Source of the DNA: Desulfurococcaceae archaeon
GTDB lineage: Archaea; Thermoproteota; Thermoprotei_A; Sulfolobales; Desulfurococcaceae
Assembly: GCA_038824035.1 (NCBI GenBank)
Contig: JAWBBW010000002.1
Coordinates: forward strand, 1 to 64,000
Direction: 5' to 3'
DNA: 64,000 nt
Part shown: positions 40,401-52,858 of the stretch, piece after piece
Position numbering within the stretch: the first letter of the stretch is position 1
Layout of the letters: each line of letters opens with the position of its first letter
The notes under the pieces: model-generated
Database searches by the model: none
Told to the model about the DNA's origin: nothing
The model's input: the letters and a program-made list of their open reading frames with translations, nothing else
Program-made: the position numbers and the translations under genes

Positions 40401-43040
40401 ATGAGCCTTAATAAGATCAAGATGATAAAGTTTGGCGTGCTTTCCCCCGATGAGATTAGAAAAATGAGCGTAACACAGGTAATTACTACAGATGTATACG
40501 ATAATGACGGCGCCCCCATAGATGGGGGCGTGATGGATAGAAGAATGGGAGCTATAGAACCAGGTGAAACATGCCCCACATGTGGTAATACAAGGATCAG
40601 TTGTCCAGGGCATTTTGGCCACATAGAATTGGCTAAACCAGTGGTTCACGTTAGTTTTGCAAGACATATCTTAGCATATCTAAAAGCAACTTGCAGGGTA
40701 TGTGGCAGGGTAAAAATACCCGAGGATAAGAGACAGGAATATCTGGGATTACTAAACGATCTAGAAGAACTGGGCATGTTGTATCTCAAGAAAAGATTCC
40801 ATGAATATATAAGGAGAAAAGCGTCAACCGCGCAAACATGTCCACACTGTGGTGCGCCACAATATAAAGTGAAACTAGATAAGCCACACACATTTTACGA
40901 GCACCTGGAAGAAGGGTTGAGAAAACTCACACCGAGTGAAATTAGAGCACGGTTAGAAAGAATACCAGACGAAGATGTTAGATTACTTGGTGGAGATCCC
41001 AAAGATGCGCGGCCTGAGTGGACTGTGTTAACAGTCTTACCAATTCCTCCTAGGTCTGTAAGACCATCGGTATTATTGGAAACAGGTATAAGAAGTGAAG
41101 ATGACCTGACACATAAGCTCGTAGATATAATAAGAACAAACAATAGGCTAAGAGAGCATATAGAAAGTGGTGCTCCAAACGCCATAATTGAAGAAGAATG
41201 GGAACTACTACAATATCACATCACTACATATTTTGACAATGAAGCATCTGGAATTCCTGTAGCAAGACATAGAAGTGGCAAGGTGTTAAAGGGGATAGCG
41301 CAACGGTTAAAAGGCAAAGAAGGTAGGTTCAGAAATAATCTGCGTGGTAAAAGAGTTGATTTCTCAGCGAGAACTGTGATAAGTCCTGATCCAAACCTAA
41401 GTATTAACGAAGTCGGTGTTCCCGAAGAAGTGGCCAAGATATTGACAATACCTGAAAGAGTGACTCCATGGAACATTGAAGAGATGCGAAAATTGGTGTT
41501 GAATGGACCAGATAAATGGCCTGGAGCAAACTACATAGTGAGACCTGATGGAAGGAGGATTAGCCTTAAATATGTGGATAGAAAATCTGCTGCCGAATCC
41601 CTTGAACCAGGATTCATTGTTGAAAGACACCTGTTGGATGGCGATATAGTATTGTTCAATAGGCAACCATCTCTACACAGAATCTCTGTAATGGCACATG
41701 TAGTTAGAGTATTACCTTATAAGACATTTCGATTAAATCTACTAGTATGCCCACCTTATAATGCTGATTTTGACGGAGATGAAATGAATCTGCATGTTCC
41801 CCAAAGCGAAGAAGCCAGAGCTGAGGCCAGGGTACTTATGCTTGTTGAAAAACACATACTCACACCAAGATATGGAGGACCCATTATCGGCGGCCTGCAA
41901 GATTATATCAGTGGAGCATACTTATTGACATCTAAATCTGTAGTTTTGAGAAAAGAAGACGTCGTAGACTTATTATCAGTAACCGGGTATGCAGGCTCAT
42001 TGCCAGAACCGGCATTCCTAAAACCCAAGCAATACTGGACAGGTAAACAACTGATCTCATTATTTTTACCGAGAGATTTCAATTACAAGCGAAACTCGAA
42101 AATAGGTAGCGCTGCAATCCTGAGATGTATCGATGAGGATTGCCCCCATGACAGCTTAGTTATCGTTAAAAACGGAATACTCTTGGAAGGCGTCCTAGAC
42201 AAAGCAAGTATTGGCCGAGAGGAGCCGGAAAGCCTCATACACTGGTTGATCAAGGAATATGGCGAAGATTTTGGTCGACTCTTCATGGATAGAGTGTACA
42301 AGATGTTTATACGCATGTGTGAAAAGTATGGCTTTACAATGAGCTATACTCATTTAACTCTTCCGCCCGAGGCCAGAAATGCCCTGAGAAATATCATCGA
42401 AGAAAAAAAGAAAAACGTGTATGAATTAATAGAAATGTATAATAAAGGTCTTTTGACGCCAAAGCCCGGCAAAACACTCGAGGAAACTTTGGAAGACGAG
42501 ATCATAGATACGTTATCCAAAAAACTCCTTGACAGTGTCGCAGAAGTGATCACACAGCACTTCACTCTAACTAATCCAGTTGTGATCATGGCTAGAACCG
42601 GTGCACGAGGTAATCCAGTCAACTTAACACAAATGGCTGGACTACTGGGCCAACAGACCGTGAGAGGTAAGAGATTGACACGTGGATATTTCAAGAGGAT
42701 TCTAACACATTTCAAACCCGGCGACATAGGCCCTAATGCACGTGGATTTGTAGAAAGTGGTTTTGTAACAGGGCTCAGTCCCATAGAGATGTTCTTCCAC
42801 GCTGCAGCAGGTAGAGAGGGCTTGATAGATACTGCTGTTAGGACTAGCCAATCTGGCTACATGCAAAGAAGGCTTATAAACGCATTACAGGATCTCAGGG
42901 TAGAATATGATGGTAGTGTGAGGACCACGTTCAATGAAATAGTGCAATTCCTATATGGAGAAGATGGGGTGGATCCCGCCAAGAGCGATCACGGCAAGGC
43001 AGCTAATATAGATAGAATCCTCGAAAAAGTGCTGGGGTGA
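40401..43040 (+). CDS. rpoA1: RNA polymerase subunit A' (Rpo1N)
   Basis: [11 protein letters not shown] catalytic motif. Confidence 0.99.
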   Translation: MSLNKIKMIKFGVLSPDEIRKMSVTQVITTDVYDNDGAPIDGGVMDRRMGAIEPGETCPTCGNTRISCPGHFGHIELAKPVVHVSFARHILAYLKATCRVCGRVKIPEDKRQEYLGLLNDLEELGMLYLKKRFHEYIRRKASTAQTCPHCGAPQYKVKLDKPHTFYEHLEEGLRKLTPSEIRARLERIPDEDVRLLGGDPKDARPEWTVLTVLPIPPRSVRPSVLLETGIRSEDDLTHKLVDIIRTNNRLREHIESGAPNAIIEEEWELLQYHITTYFDNEASGIPVARHRSGKVLKGIAQRLKGKEGRFRNNLRGKRVDFSARTVISPDPNLSINEVGVPEEVAKILTIPERVTPWNIEEMRKLVLNGPDKWPGANYIVRPDGRRISLKYVDRKSAAESLEPGFIVERHLLDGDIVLFNRQPSLHRISVMAHVVRVLPYKTFRLNLLVCPPYNADFDGDEMNLHVPQSEEARAEARVLMLVEKHILTPRYGGPIIGGLQDYISGAYLLTSKSVVLRKEDVVDLLSVTGYAGSLPEPAFLKPKQYWTGKQLISLFLPRDFNYKRNSKIGSAAILRCIDEDCPHDSLVIVKNGILLEGVLDKASIGREEPESLIHWLIKEYGEDFGRLFMDRVYKMFIRMCEKYGFTMSYTHLTLPPEARNALRNIIEEKKKNVYELIEMYNKGLLTPKPGKTLEETLEDEIIDTLSKKLLDSVAEVITQHFTLTNPVVIMARTGARGNPVNLTQMAGLLGQQTVRGKRLTRGYFKRILTHFKPGDIGPNARGFVESGFVTGLSPIEMFFHAAAGREGLIDTAVRTSQSGYMQRRLINALQDLRVEYDGSVRTTFNEIVQFLYGEDGVDPAKSDHGKAANIDRILEKVLG

Positions 43041-43041
43041 T

Positions 43042-44274
43042 ATGATGGAAATAATAAATGATCCAAGGGAACTAGAGAAATTGCTTGAATCAAGGGCTAA
43101 AGATCAGCTAAGTCAAGAACTATACAATGAATTATATGTGAAATTAAGAGACCTAATATCAAAGCGCAAATTAACCAGAGAAGATGTTGAGAAAATAATT
43201 GACGAAGTAGTGACGAGATATCATAATTCATTAATCGACCCAGGAGAAGCCGTGGGAACGGTGGCTGCACAAAGTCTCGGAGAGCCATCAACACAGATGA
43301 CATTGAGAGTCTTCCATTATGCCGGAGTAAGGGAATACAACGTAACACTAGGTCTTCCTAGGTTAATAGAGATCGTCGATGCAAGGAAAAAACCAGAAAC
43401 GCCTATCACTGAGATCTATTTAATAGATGATATTAAATACGATCTCGAAAAAGCGAAAAATGTCGCAAGAAGAATTGAGGCAACATTTATAGAGAATATC
43501 TTAGAAGAGATAAACATCGACTTAGCTGAAGGTGTCGCGATCTTAAAGCTAGATCCAGAGATGCTTAGTGACAAAGGCATCGAAATTGACAACGTTATAA
43601 AGGCTCTCCGCGACCTTGAGATAGGTGAGGTAGAAATCTCATCCAAAGATTCGAATATTATAACGATATATCTCAACGAAGAATACTTAGATCCCACGAA
43701 GATTGAGAAATTGCGAAACAAGATATTGAACACTCATTTAAAAGGTATAAAGGAAATAAAGAAAACAATTATTCAGAAACGCGGCGACGAATACGTGATC
43801 ATAGCCGAAGGTAGTAATTTGGAAGAAATAATGAACGTGCCTGGTGTTGACTGGAAAAGAGTATATACGAACGATATACACGAGATCGAGAAAGTCCTCG
43901 GTATCGAAGCTGCCAGAATGGCCATAATGAAAGAAATAAAAAACACACTGGATGATCAAGGGCTAGACGTGGATATAAGACACATAATGCTGTTAGCAGA
44001 TATAATGACCTGGACCGGACATATAAGACAAATCGGTAGAATGGGTATTGCCGGGGAAAAACCGAGTGTGCTAGCAAAAGCGACTTTCGAGACCACTGTG
44101 CAAAAACTGATCGAAAGCGCCATAATGGGGGAAGAAGACAAGTTAACAGGAATAACCGAAAACATTATAATCGGCCAGATAATACCTGTAGGTACGGGCA
44201 TTGTACAACTTTATATGTCTCTTCACCCATCAACGACCAAAGATAAAGAAGAAGCCGGTGATGAGGGTGAGTGA
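43042..44274 (+). CDS. rpoA2: RNA polymerase subunit A'' (Rpo1C)
   Basis: [25 protein letters not shown]. Confidence 0.98.
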   Translation: MMEIINDPRELEKLLESRAKDQLSQELYNELYVKLRDLISKRKLTREDVEKIIDEVVTRYHNSLIDPGEAVGTVAAQSLGEPSTQMTLRVFHYAGVREYNVTLGLPRLIEIVDARKKPETPITEIYLIDDIKYDLEKAKNVARRIEATFIENILEEINIDLAEGVAILKLDPEMLSDKGIEIDNVIKALRDLEIGEVEISSKDSNIITIYLNEEYLDPTKIEKLRNKILNTHLKGIKEIKKTIIQKRGDEYVIIAEGSNLEEIMNVPGVDWKRVYTNDIHEIEKVLGIEAARMAIMKEIKNTLDDQGLDVDIRHIMLLADIMTWTGHIRQIGRMGIAGEKPSVLAKATFETTVQKLIESAIMGEEDKLTGITENIIIGQIIPVGTGIVQLYMSLHPSTTKDKEEAGDEGE

Positions 44275-44605
44275 AAGCGAAACCATTGCCACAGAGTTAA
44301 TCCGGGCTATACAAATCGCAGCAAGAACTGGATACACGGTGTACGGGCTAAGGCAGGTGAAGAAATTGGTTTTGCATGGAAAAGCCAAGGCAATTGTGAT
44401 AGCTTCAAACATTCAACCGGATGCTAAGAGAGACCTCACATATTATGCTAAACTCGGAAACATACCTATATTGTTATTTCCAGGTACAAACATGGAACTA
44501 GGCGCACTTCTCGGGAGACCCCACAGTATTCAAGCATTGGCGATAATAGATCCTGGGCAATCCAACATATTGGAACTAGCTACTAGAAGGGGTGAACAAC
44601 AATGA
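44267..44605 (+). CDS. rpl30e: 50S ribosomal protein L30e
   Basis: YYAKL..IP...[23 protein letters not shown]. Confidence 0.95.
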   Translation: MSESETIATELIRAIQIAARTGYTVYGLRQVKKLVLHGKAKAIVIASNIQPDAKRDLTYYAKLGNIPILLFPGTNMELGALLGRPHSIQALAIIDPGQSNILELATRRGEQQ

Positions 44606-45042
44606 ATAAGCAACAAGTGAAGATAACCCCGGATGAATTCAGGTATATGGCTCTATTAAATGAGATAACAGGAGTCGCTGTTAGGGATTGTGTTATAGAC
44701 GAGGAAAACAATCGCATAATATTTTTAGTAAACCCCGAAGACATAGGACGAGCAATAGGCCCTCGTGGATTTTTTGTGCAACAATTAAGAAAATTATTGA
44801 ATAGAAATATTGAGATAGTTGGATATAGTGATAAACTAGATGAACAAATAAGATATGCCCTAGCTCCAGCAAGAGTTAAGGAGGTCAAACTGGTTACCAA
44901 ACCCGATGGAACCAAGGTTGTATACGTAGCTGTGGATCCCAGTGATAAGGCCATTGCAATAGGTAAGAATGGGAAAAACGCTTACCGAGCTAGATTGATT
45001 TTAAAACGACATTTTAACATAGACTCTGTTATAATAGCCTAA
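44602..45042 (+). CDS. nusA: Archaeal NusA (KH-domain)
   Basis: GRAIGPRG, KAIAIGKNGKN. Confidence 0.95.
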   Translation: MNKQQVKITPDEFRYMALLNEITGVAVRDCVIDEENNRIIFLVNPEDIGRAIGPRGFFVQQLRKLLNRNIEIVGYSDKLDEQIRYALAPARVKEVKLVTKPDGTKVVYVAVDPSDKAIAIGKNGKNAYRARLILKRHFNIDSVIIA

Positions 45043-45101
45043 AATTTAAAATAATTCATCATGATTAGTTATAGGGACAAATATGCTTACTGGTGTGATA
45101 T

Positions 45102-45548
45102 ATGCCTGGTAAGAAATCCCCCGCTGGACTCTATGCAGCGAGAAAATTGGTGAAAAAAAGAAAGAAGTTTCAATGGTATCAAAGAGAGTTTAAGAACAGA
45201 ATGCTATTCAAAATGGGATTAATAAAAGATCCGATGGAAGGCGCGCCCATGGCGCGTGGCATTGTGCTTGAAAAAGTAGGTGTTGAATCCCGTAAACCTA
45301 ACTCAGCTGTTAGAAAATGTGTCAGAGTTCAATTAGTTAAAAATGGCAAAGTCGTCACAGCATTCGTCCCACTAGATGGCGGTATAAACTTCATCGATGA
45401 ACACGATGAAGTCATAATAGAGGGTATTGGAGGTACACTAGGAGGTGCGATGGGAGATATTCCAGGAGTCAAATATAAAGTCGTAATGGTTAATGGAGTG
45501 TCGTTAAAGGCCCTATGGCTAGGTAAGAAACAAAAACCTGTCAGGTAA
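45102..45548 (+). CDS. rps12: 30S ribosomal protein S12 (uS12)
   Basis: [20 protein letters not shown]. Confidence 0.98.
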   Translation: MPGKKSPAGLYAARKLVKKRKKFQWYQREFKNRMLFKMGLIKDPMEGAPMARGIVLEKVGVESRKPNSAVRKCVRVQLVKNGKVVTAFVPLDGGINFIDEHDEVIIEGIGGTLGGAMGDIPGVKYKVVMVNGVSLKALWLGKKQKPVR

Positions 45549-45657
45549 TGTTTTTAATATCGCAGGAAAAGTCCTCATCACGAATCTGCACATTACTCAC
45601 AATTTTAAAAACCCTGTGATATATCCTTATCCCACTGAGGGTTACAGGTGTTTAGAC

Positions 45658-46260
45658 TTGGTTACACAGGAATACTCAGCATTGAGCATTAACATTAATG
45701 AAGTAAAATTGTTCAATAAGTGGAGTTACGATTTCGTAGAGATCAGAGATCCTAGCTTAAAGCGATATATCTGTTTAAAGCCAGTATACTTACCACATAC
45801 TGGGGGGAGGCATGAGCACAGGAGATTTGGAAAAGCAGAAGTACCTATTGTGGAGAGATTGATAAATAAGCTAATGCGGCCGGGAAGAAATATGGGCAAG
45901 AAGCACTTAGCCTACAATATCGTAAAAAAAGCGTTTGATATAATTTATTTGAAAACCGGTGAAAACCCTATACAAGTATTAATACGTGCTATTGAAAATA
46001 CAGCTCCTCGCGAGGAAACAACCAGGATAATGTATGGCGGTATTACCTATCACGTCTCTGTTGATATTTCACCTCTCAGAAGGATAGATCTCGCGTTGAG
46101 ACATCTCACAGAAGGTGCTAGATTAAAGGCCTTTAACAATCCATTGCCTATAGAGGAAGCATTAGCCGAGGAAATAATACTTGCTAGCAATAATGACCCC
46201 AAGAGCTATGCTGTACAGAAAAAAGAAGAAATAGAAAGAATAGCTTTGAGCAGTAGATAA
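45658..46260 (+). CDS. rps7: 30S ribosomal protein S7 (uS7)
   Basis: [30 protein letters not shown]. Confidence 0.98.
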   Translation: MVTQEYSALSININEVKLFNKWSYDFVEIRDPSLKRYICLKPVYLPHTGGRHEHRRFGKAEVPIVERLINKLMRPGRNMGKKHLAYNIVKKAFDIIYLKTGENPIQVLIRAIENTAPREETTRIMYGGITYHVSVDISPLRRIDLALRHLTEGARLKAFNNPLPIEEALAEEIILASNNDPKSYAVQKKEEIERIALSSR

Positions 46261-46349
46261 GGATTTAACGCCTTAATTTTCCATGAGATTTATAAATACC
46301 TAACTCTATTTACATCTTGTTGAGTGATAAAAACTGGAACAGGTGTTAC

Positions 46350-47672
46350 ATGATGAGCGGGGCACTTCAAAAGCCACATTTGAACTTAATAATAATAGGA
46401 CATGTAGATCATGGAAAAAGTACTATGACAGGGCAATTGTTATACCGTCTAGGATATTTTGATGAAAAAACACTAAAAGATATCGAAGAACAAGCCAAGA
46501 AAATAGGCAAAGAGAGCTTTAAATTTGCATGGTTATTAGATAAACTGAAAGAAGAACGTGAACGTGGACTAACTATAGCGTTATCCTACATGAAATTCGA
46601 GACAAAGAAATACTTCTTCACGATAATAGATGCACCAGGTCACAGAGACTTCGTTAAAAATATGATCACGGGAGCTAGTCAGGCCGATGCTGCTATTCTC
46701 GTAGTAAGTGCCAGGAAAGGAGAATATGAGGCTGGAATGAGTGCCGAAGGGCAAACCCGCGAACACGCGATCTTAGCTAAAACAATGGGCATAAATCAAT
46801 TGATTGTAGCCATTAACAAGATGGATGCCACAGAGCCTCCTTATAGTCAAAAGAGATATGAAGAGATCAAAGAAGTTCTTTCAAAATTCCTCAAGAGCAT
46901 TGGATACGATCCATCCAAGATACCATTTATACCAATATCTGCCTGGACTGGTGAAAACATAATAGAGAGATCGCCCAATATGCCGTGGTATAATGGACCA
47001 GTATTAGTAGAGGCCTTGGATCTCTTGCAAGTCCCGCCAAAGCCCATTGATAAACCACTTAGAGTCCCGATTCAAGATGTATATAATATCTCAGGTATAG
47101 GTACCGTGGCTGTAGGTAGAGTTGAATCAGGGATATTAAAAACAGGTGACAGAGTATCGATAATGCCACCCGGACTCGTAGCCGAGGTCAAGAGCATAGA
47201 GACACACCACATGAGGATAGAAAAAGCAGAACCCGGTGACAACATAGGTTTCAACTTGAAGGGCGTTGAAAGGAAAGATCTTAAACGTGGCGATGTGGTA
47301 GGCCCAATTGATGCTCCACCAACCGTGGTAGATGAATTCACAGCCAGAGTAATGATAATATGGCATCCAACAGCCATAGCAGTTGGATACACCCCAGTGA
47401 TACATGTTCACACAGCAAGTGTTGCATGCAGGATCACAGAGATATTATCTAAGATTGATCCAAGGACTGGTAAAGAAGTGGAGAAAAACCCACAGTTCAT
47501 TAAACAAGGCGATATAGCTGTTGTCAAATTCAAACCAATAAAGCCATTGGTAGTTGAGAAATATGCCGAGTTCCCAGGATTGGGCAGATTTGCTATGAGA
47601 GATATGGGTAAGACCATAGGAATAGGACAGGTAATAGAAATTAAGCCCGCTCAGGTCACAATAAAGAAGTAG
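46350..47672 (+). CDS. tuf: Elongation factor 1-alpha
   Basis: GHVDHGKST, DAPGHRDF, NKMD, GRFAMRD. Confidence 0.99.
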   Translation: MMSGALQKPHLNLIIIGHVDHGKSTMTGQLLYRLGYFDEKTLKDIEEQAKKIGKESFKFAWLLDKLKEERERGLTIALSYMKFETKKYFFTIIDAPGHRDFVKNMITGASQADAAILVVSARKGEYEAGMSAEGQTREHAILAKTMGINQLIVAINKMDATEPPYSQKRYEEIKEVLSKFLKSIGYDPSKIPFIPISAWTGENIIERSPNMPWYNGPVLVEALDLLQVPPKPIDKPLRVPIQDVYNISGIGTVAVGRVESGILKTGDRVSIMPPGLVAEVKSIETHHMRIEKAEPGDNIGFNLKGVERKDLKRGDVVGPIDAPPTVVDEFTARVMIIWHPTAIAVGYTPVIHVHTASVACRITEILSKIDPRTGKEVEKNPQFIKQGDIAVVKFKPIKPLVVEKYAEFPGLGRFAMRDMGKTIGIGQVIEIKPAQVTIKK

Positions 47673-47783
47673 AGAAACCAATATGCGCATTTTTGTCCAT
47701 GAGCATATAATAAACTTTTTAAGACCTTGTTATATCCACACTTCTATCTAGGGGGACTGGTAAATTATTTAGGATGATCAAAG

Positions 47784-48095
47784 ATGTCGAGCCAAAGAAT
47801 GGTAAAGATCAAAATATGGAGCACTAATGTGAAAATCTTAGAGGAATTTGTCAACAAAATGGTTGAGATCGTTAAAAAAACCGGTGTCAGCATGCGAGGA
47901 CCTATACCTTTACCTACAAAAAAGTTGCAGGTTAGGACACTGAAACTGCCTCATGGTGAGGGCAAGAAAAAATACGAGAAATGGGAAATGAGGATCCATA
48001 AGAGATTACTCTATATAGCCGAAGACGAGAGAGTGATGAAACAGCTTATCAGAGTACGGGTACCGCCCGAAATATGGATGGAAATAGAACTATAA
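47784..48095 (+). CDS. rps10: 30S ribosomal protein S10 (uS10)
   Basis: GPIPLPTK, WEMRIHKRL. Confidence 0.98.
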   Translation: MSSQRMVKIKIWSTNVKILEEFVNKMVEIVKKTGVSMRGPIPLPTKKLQVRTLKLPHGEGKKKYEKWEMRIHKRLLYIAEDERVMKQLIRVRVPPEIWMEIEL

Positions 48096-48144
48096 GTGGA
48101 TGTAACAAATTTAAGTCTTTTCCAAGGAGATATCAAATAGGAGT

Positions 48145-48248
48145 GCCGGGGTGCCCGAGCGGCCTAAGGGGCTGGCCTGGAGTTTGATCATATTACAGCA
48201 AGCCAGTGCCCCGAAAGGGGCGCGCGGGTTCGAATCCCGCCCCCGGCG
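48145..48248 (+). tRNA. tRNA-Ser(GGA) with 18-nt intron (48183-48200)
   Basis: CTGGC-CTGGAG[intron]A-GCCAG, long variable arm GCCCC-GAAA-GGGGC. Confidence 0.95.
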
Positions 48249-48345
48249 TTATTCGTATTGCTTCATCCCATTGATTACGTTTATAAGTTTATAAACACAT
48301 TTAGCCCTCTAGTTATGAGTTAGCCGATGTTAATTTGATTATACG

Positions 48346-48831
48346 GTGAAGAAATTGAGTGCTAGGAGAACATTTAGGCAAATAATCAGGTTGCTCGACA
48401 CGGACATAGATGGTGAATTACCATTGATATATGGTTTATCCGAGGTTAAAGGCATTGGATATTCATTTGCAAATGCGATATGCAAAACAATAGGGCTTGA
48501 TCCATTTATGTTAACAGGGTATTTAACAGACGAGGAAGTGAAGCGCATTGAAGATGTCACTAAAAACCCCAAGAAATATGAAATTCCGTCCTGGATGTAT
48601 AACAGAAGGAAAGACTACTCCACCGGAGAGGACCTGCACTTAAATGGTGCTACGTTATTATTGTACGTGAAGGAAGATATAGAGCGAGAGAAAAGAATAA
48701 AGAGCTGGCGTGGCATAAGGCATGCACTTGGATTGAAAGTTAGAGGCCAGAGAACGCGCACAACTGGTAGAACAGGCATTACTGTTGGTGTTAAAAGAAA
48801 GAAAACCCAGCAACAGAGCAGTAGCAAATAG
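48346..48831 (+). CDS. rps13: 30S ribosomal protein S13 (uS13)
   Basis: WRGIRHALGLKVRGQRTRTTGR. Confidence 0.98.
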   Translation: MKKLSARRTFRQIIRLLDTDIDGELPLIYGLSEVKGIGYSFANAICKTIGLDPFMLTGYLTDEEVKRIEDVTKNPKKYEIPSWMYNRRKDYSTGEDLHLNGATLLLYVKEDIEREKRIKSWRGIRHALGLKVRGQRTRTTGRTGITVGVKRKKTQQQSSSK

Positions 48832-48844
48832 CACAGGTGATTAA

Positions 48845-49351
48845 ATGGGAGATCCCCGTAAACCCAGAAAAACCTGGACAGGTCCACGCCACCCCTGGAG
48901 AAAAGATGTATTGATGTATGAATCAAGGTTAATAGGAATATATGGGCTAAGGAACAAGAGAGAATTATGGAAAGCTGCAACCATTGTCAGATACTTCAGG
49001 CATAGAGCAAGATCACTTTTAGCAGCACCCCCAGATATTCGTAGCAAAGAGGAGAAGTCATTGTTAGACAGATTAGTCAAGTTAGGGTTGTTAAAAGAGG
49101 GCTCAAAACTAGAGGATGTTTTGAACCTCAAGGTAGAAGACCTTCTGGAAAGGAGATTACAAACAATAGTGTTCAGAAAAGGCCTCGCCAAGTCAATATA
49201 CGAGGCCAGGCAACTAATAGTTCACGGACATATAGCAATTGGAACTAGAAGGATTAGAAGCCCTGGTTACATTGTCTCAATAGATGAAGAGCTGCTTGTG
49301 AACTACTACTTATTAAGCCCAATGGCCAAAACCAGCTTAACCACTAATTAG
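48845..49351 (+). CDS. rps4: 30S ribosomal protein S4 (uS4)
   Basis: YGLRNKRELW, LERRLQT, ARQLIVHGHI. Confidence 0.98.
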   Translation: MGDPRKPRKTWTGPRHPWRKDVLMYESRLIGIYGLRNKRELWKAATIVRYFRHRARSLLAAPPDIRSKEEKSLLDRLVKLGLLKEGSKLEDVLNLKVEDLLERRLQTIVFRKGLAKSIYEARQLIVHGHIAIGTRRIRSPGYIVSIDEELLVNYYLLSPMAKTSLTTN

Positions 49352-49355
49352 GTGA

Positions 49356-49763
49356 ATGGCCATGTCATTTGTATCGAGAGAACTCAAATGGGGAATAGCA
49401 CATATCTATAGTAGTCCCAATAACACCATAATACATATAACGGATCTTTCAGGAGCCGAGACTGTAAGCAGATATAGCGGTGGCATGGTCGTTAAAGCTG
49501 ATAGAGAGAAACCAAGTCCGTATGCGGCAATGTTGGCGGCGGCTAAAACCGCTTCAGAAAGCATGGATAAAGGCATCACAGCAATACATATCAAGGTGAG
49601 AGCGCCGGGGGGACATGGTCCTAAAACGCCAGGTCCAGGAGCGCAGGCCGCAATCAGAGCTTTGGCCAGGGCTGGTTTCATAATAGGCAGAATAGAAGAC
49701 GTTACGCCAATACCACATGACACCACACGTAGACCAGGTGGTAGAAGAGGTAGAAGACTATAG
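49356..49763 (+). CDS. rps11: 30S ribosomal protein S11 (uS11)
   Basis: [26 protein letters not shown]. Confidence 0.98.
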   Translation: MAMSFVSRELKWGIAHIYSSPNNTIIHITDLSGAETVSRYSGGMVVKADREKPSPYAAMLAAAKTASESMDKGITAIHIKVRAPGGHGPKTPGPGAQAAIRALARAGFIIGRIEDVTPIPHDTTRRPGGRRGRRL

Positions 49764-49782
49764 TGGAAAGAGGTGCCTGTTC

Positions 49783-50628
49783 TTGGAAATACAAATACTG
49801 GAAAATACTCCGCGCTCTGTGAAACTATATATAAAAGGAATAAAACTTCACGTGTTAAATTCTATTAGAAGAGTTATGATAAGTGATGTGCCTACTATGG
49901 CAATAGATTATGTAATTTTCATGGAAAACTCCAGCGTATTCTACGACGAATACCTAGCCCATAGATTAGGCCTAATACCGTTAAAAAGCGATATTGCTCT
50001 TGAAAAGTACAAACCCCCAGAAGAATGTGCTGAAGCAGGTGAGAAAGGGGTTTTCTCGGAAGATTGTTTCGCTAAATTTGATCTAGAAGCCGAGGGGCCA
50101 GAATCAGGTAAACTTGTCGTTTATAGTAAAGACCTTATACCAAGTGATCCAAGCGTAGTACCTGTATATGACAATATACCTATAGCCGAGCTTGTAAAAG
50201 GCCAAAGGATCAAATTAGAAGCATACGCTAGGCTGGGGAGAGGTAGAGAGCATATAAAATGGAGCCCTGTTTCTGTGGCTACACATAAGTTTATCCCTAT
50301 CATAACGATACATAGTGAAAGATGTCTTGGAAACGCGTGCTTAAAATGCGTGAATGCCTGCCCTCGCAACGTATTCATAGTCGTGAACAATAACGTTATA
50401 GTTGATGAAACGAGTAAACTCAAGTGTAATTTCTGTAAGTTATGTGAAGAGATATGCCCTAATAATGCCATAAGAGTGTCCTATAAGGAGAACGAGTTTA
50501 TCCTAAACATCGAACTCGTCAATTCCCTTAGCGCTAAAAATGTTTTAATAACTGCTATATCAATTCTCAACAAGAAAATAGAGGAGTTCAAAGCCATGTT
50601 GATAAAACATGGTGTCTTAAATGAATAG
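49783..50628 (+). CDS. rpoD: RNA polymerase subunit D (Rpo3) with ferredoxin-like domain
   Basis: NSIRR, DEYLAHRLGLIPL, HIKW; two CxxCxxxCP motifs. Confidence 0.96.
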   Translation: MEIQILENTPRSVKLYIKGIKLHVLNSIRRVMISDVPTMAIDYVIFMENSSVFYDEYLAHRLGLIPLKSDIALEKYKPPEECAEAGEKGVFSEDCFAKFDLEAEGPESGKLVVYSKDLIPSDPSVVPVYDNIPIAELVKGQRIKLEAYARLGRGREHIKWSPVSVATHKFIPIITIHSERCLGNACLKCVNACPRNVFIVVNNNVIVDETSKLKCNFCKLCEEICPNNAIRVSYKENEFILNIELVNSLSAKNVLITAISILNKKIEEFKAMLIKHGVLNE

Positions 50629-50989
50629 CCATGAAATCAAAAAGACAAACATGATTCTACGTAGACTAATAAGGGAGCTTCGAAAATATGCAAGGACGTA
50701 TAATGCAAAAATATGGTTAGCTGTTGCAGAGGAACTTGAAAAACCACGTAGAAAAATGAGAGTTGTCAACATAAGCAGGATAAATAGGCATACTTTGCCC
50801 CACGATTACGTAGTAGTTCCAGGCAAAGTTCTAGGAGCTGGTGAACTAGATCATCCGGTTGTGGTCGCTGCATTTAAATTCTCAAAATCCGCTATTGAGA
50901 AAATCAAAAAAGCGGGAGGTATTCCAATCGATCTATTCCAAGCATTAAGAGAGCGACCACATGGTTCAAATGTAAAGATTGTAGGGTGA
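50621..50989 (+). CDS. rpl18e: 50S ribosomal protein L18e
   Basis: VNISRINR, VVPGKVLGAG, FSKSAIEKI. Confidence 0.97.
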   Translation: MNSHEIKKTNMILRRLIRELRKYARTYNAKIWLAVAEELEKPRRKMRVVNISRINRHTLPHDYVVVPGKVLGAGELDHPVVVAAFKFSKSAIEKIKKAGGIPIDLFQALRERPHGSNVKIVG

Positions 50990-50996
50990 GTGATGC

Positions 50997-51449
50997 ATGG
51001 TTGAGAAAAAAGAACTTTATATAGATGCGACTAATCAAATCCTAGGTAGATTAGCTAGTATTGTGGCTAAAAAACTACTCGAAGGCTATAAAGTATATGT
51101 TGTCAATGTTGAAAAATCCATCGTGAGTGGTGAGAGAAATAGGGTGATCAATGGATATAAATTATATTTCAAAGTGAGGACCCACCTTAATCCTGAGAAA
51201 TACGGTGTTAGAAGACCTAGAAATCCCATAAACATATTCAAACGAGCTGTAAGAGGTATGTTGCCAATGGATAAGCCCAAGGGCAGAGAGGCATTCAAGC
51301 GATTAAAGGCATATATTGGAGTACCTCCAGAAATGTCCAATACCGAGTTCACGAGGTTCCCAGAGGCAGATGCATCGAGGCTTAAAGGTAGATATATAAC
51401 AGTTGCTGAAATAGCCTTAGCAATGGGATGGAGAGGTGTAGTTAAATGA
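50997..51449 (+). CDS. rpl13: 50S ribosomal protein L13 (uL13)
   Basis: ILGRLAS, VRGMLP. Confidence 0.97.
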   Translation: MVEKKELYIDATNQILGRLASIVAKKLLEGYKVYVVNVEKSIVSGERNRVINGYKLYFKVRTHLNPEKYGVRRPRNPINIFKRAVRGMLPMDKPKGREAFKRLKAYIGVPPEMSNTEFTRFPEADASRLKGRYITVAEIALAMGWRGVVK

Positions 51450-51871
51450 GCGATGTTTCTAATGTCCTAGAAGCAAAAATCGTGGTAGCAACAGGTAAGA
51501 GAAAGACAAGCATAGCTAGAGCCGTGATAAGACCCGGTGAGGGAAGGGTTTGGATAAATAATACACCCATAGAGATATGGCCTATTGAAATGGCACGGGA
51601 AAAAATTATGGAACCTTTGCGTTTAGTGGGAGATCTTCGGAAACTAGTAGATATAAAGGTGAGTGTCAAAGGAGGCGGAGTGATGAGCCAGGCTGAAGCA
51701 TGCAGAATTGCAATAGCTCGAGGATTAGTCGAGTATTTCAACAATGACGAGATAAAGACGATCCTCAAGGAATATGACAGGCATATGTTAGCGGGAGATC
51801 CCCGTAGAACAGAACCAGAAAAATGGGGGAGATATAGCGCTAGGAGAAGGTGGCAAAAAAGTTACAGATAG
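51446..51871 (+). CDS. rps9: 30S ribosomal protein S9 (uS9)
   Basis: [23 protein letters not shown]. Confidence 0.98.
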   Translation: MSDVSNVLEAKIVVATGKRKTSIARAVIRPGEGRVWINNTPIEIWPIEMAREKIMEPLRLVGDLRKLVDIKVSVKGGGVMSQAEACRIAIARGLVEYFNNDEIKTILKEYDRHMLAGDPRRTEPEKWGRYSARRRWQKSYR

Positions 51872-51879
51872 TGATCACG

Positions 51880-52080
51880 ATGTTGTTCCCAGTTAGATGT
51901 TTTACATGTGGAGCACCAATAGGACATCTGTGGGATGAGTATAAGAAACGAGTTCAAAATGGCGAAGACCCATGCAAAGTCTTAGATGAACTTGGCATAA
52001 AAAGATATTGTTGTAGACGAATGTTTTTATCACATGTAGATATAGTCCAGGATGTATTACACTTCCCAAAGATATCGTGA
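51880..52080 (+). CDS. rpoN: RNA polymerase subunit N (Rpo10)
   Basis: [15 protein letters not shown]. Confidence 0.98.
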   Translation: MLFPVRCFTCGAPIGHLWDEYKKRVQNGEDPCKVLDELGIKRYCCRRMFLSHVDIVQDVLHFPKIS

Positions 52081-52099
52081 AATCGGAGAGGTGAGATTT

Positions 52100-52741
52100 G
52101 TGTCAAACGATGAGACCAGCAGAGATATTCAACACATACCCAGTGTAATAGAGCTATTAGTGCCCATAGATAAATACCTATCGGCAGGTGTCCATATAGG
52201 GACACATATTTGCACCAAGTTCATGGAACCTTTCGTATATAGAGTTCGTTCAGATGGTATATACATATTGGATGTTAGAAAAATCGATGAAAGGCTTAGA
52301 ACAGCAGGTAGATTCCTCGCGAGATTTGAGCCAGATAAAATAGCGGTTGTCTCGGTTAGACAATATGGCAAGAAACCCGTGAGTAAAATGTGCCAATATA
52401 TCAATTGCAAGGCCTTCACTGGTAGATTCTTGCCAGGTACTTTTACAAATCCAAGTCTAGAATGGTATTTTGAACCCGATGTCGTAGTGTTGACTGATAC
52501 CAGAGCTGATCTCCAGGCATTGAAAGAAGCATCAGAGATAGGAATACCCATAGTGGCGTTTTGCGACACCGATAACGTCACCAATTACGTGGAGCTAGTA
52601 ATCCCAGGAAATAATAAAGGCCGGAAAAGTCTCGCATTGCTTTATTGGATACTCACAAGGCAAATATTGAGAGAACGCGGCGTTATCGCCCCAAATGCCG
52701 ATCTTCCAGAACAGCCATCAGAGTTCGAGACAACGCTCTAG
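52100..52741 (+). CDS. rps2: 30S ribosomal protein S2 (uS2)
   Basis: [24 protein letters not shown]. Confidence 0.98.
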   Translation: MSNDETSRDIQHIPSVIELLVPIDKYLSAGVHIGTHICTKFMEPFVYRVRSDGIYILDVRKIDERLRTAGRFLARFEPDKIAVVSVRQYGKKPVSKMCQYINCKAFTGRFLPGTFTNPSLEWYFEPDVVVLTDTRADLQALKEASEIGIPIVAFCDTDNVTNYVELVIPGNNKGRKSLALLYWILTRQILRERGVIAPNADLPEQPSEFETTL

Positions 52742-52858
52742 GACTTTCCAACTTTTGATTCAGTTAGAAGTTCTATAGAATTGGGCTAAGTGAACAACTG
52801 CCGTGTTTTCATTAATTATCTATTATTTCTTTTATATTTTACAGAGATGGTGTATGTG

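Noticed and set aside
45555-45600. C/D box sRNA on minus strand (GTGATGA)
   Set aside because: No properly spaced CTGA D or D' boxes
46261-46349. Missing EF-2 gene between rps7 and tuf
   Set aside because: This is the normal crenarchaeal arrangement
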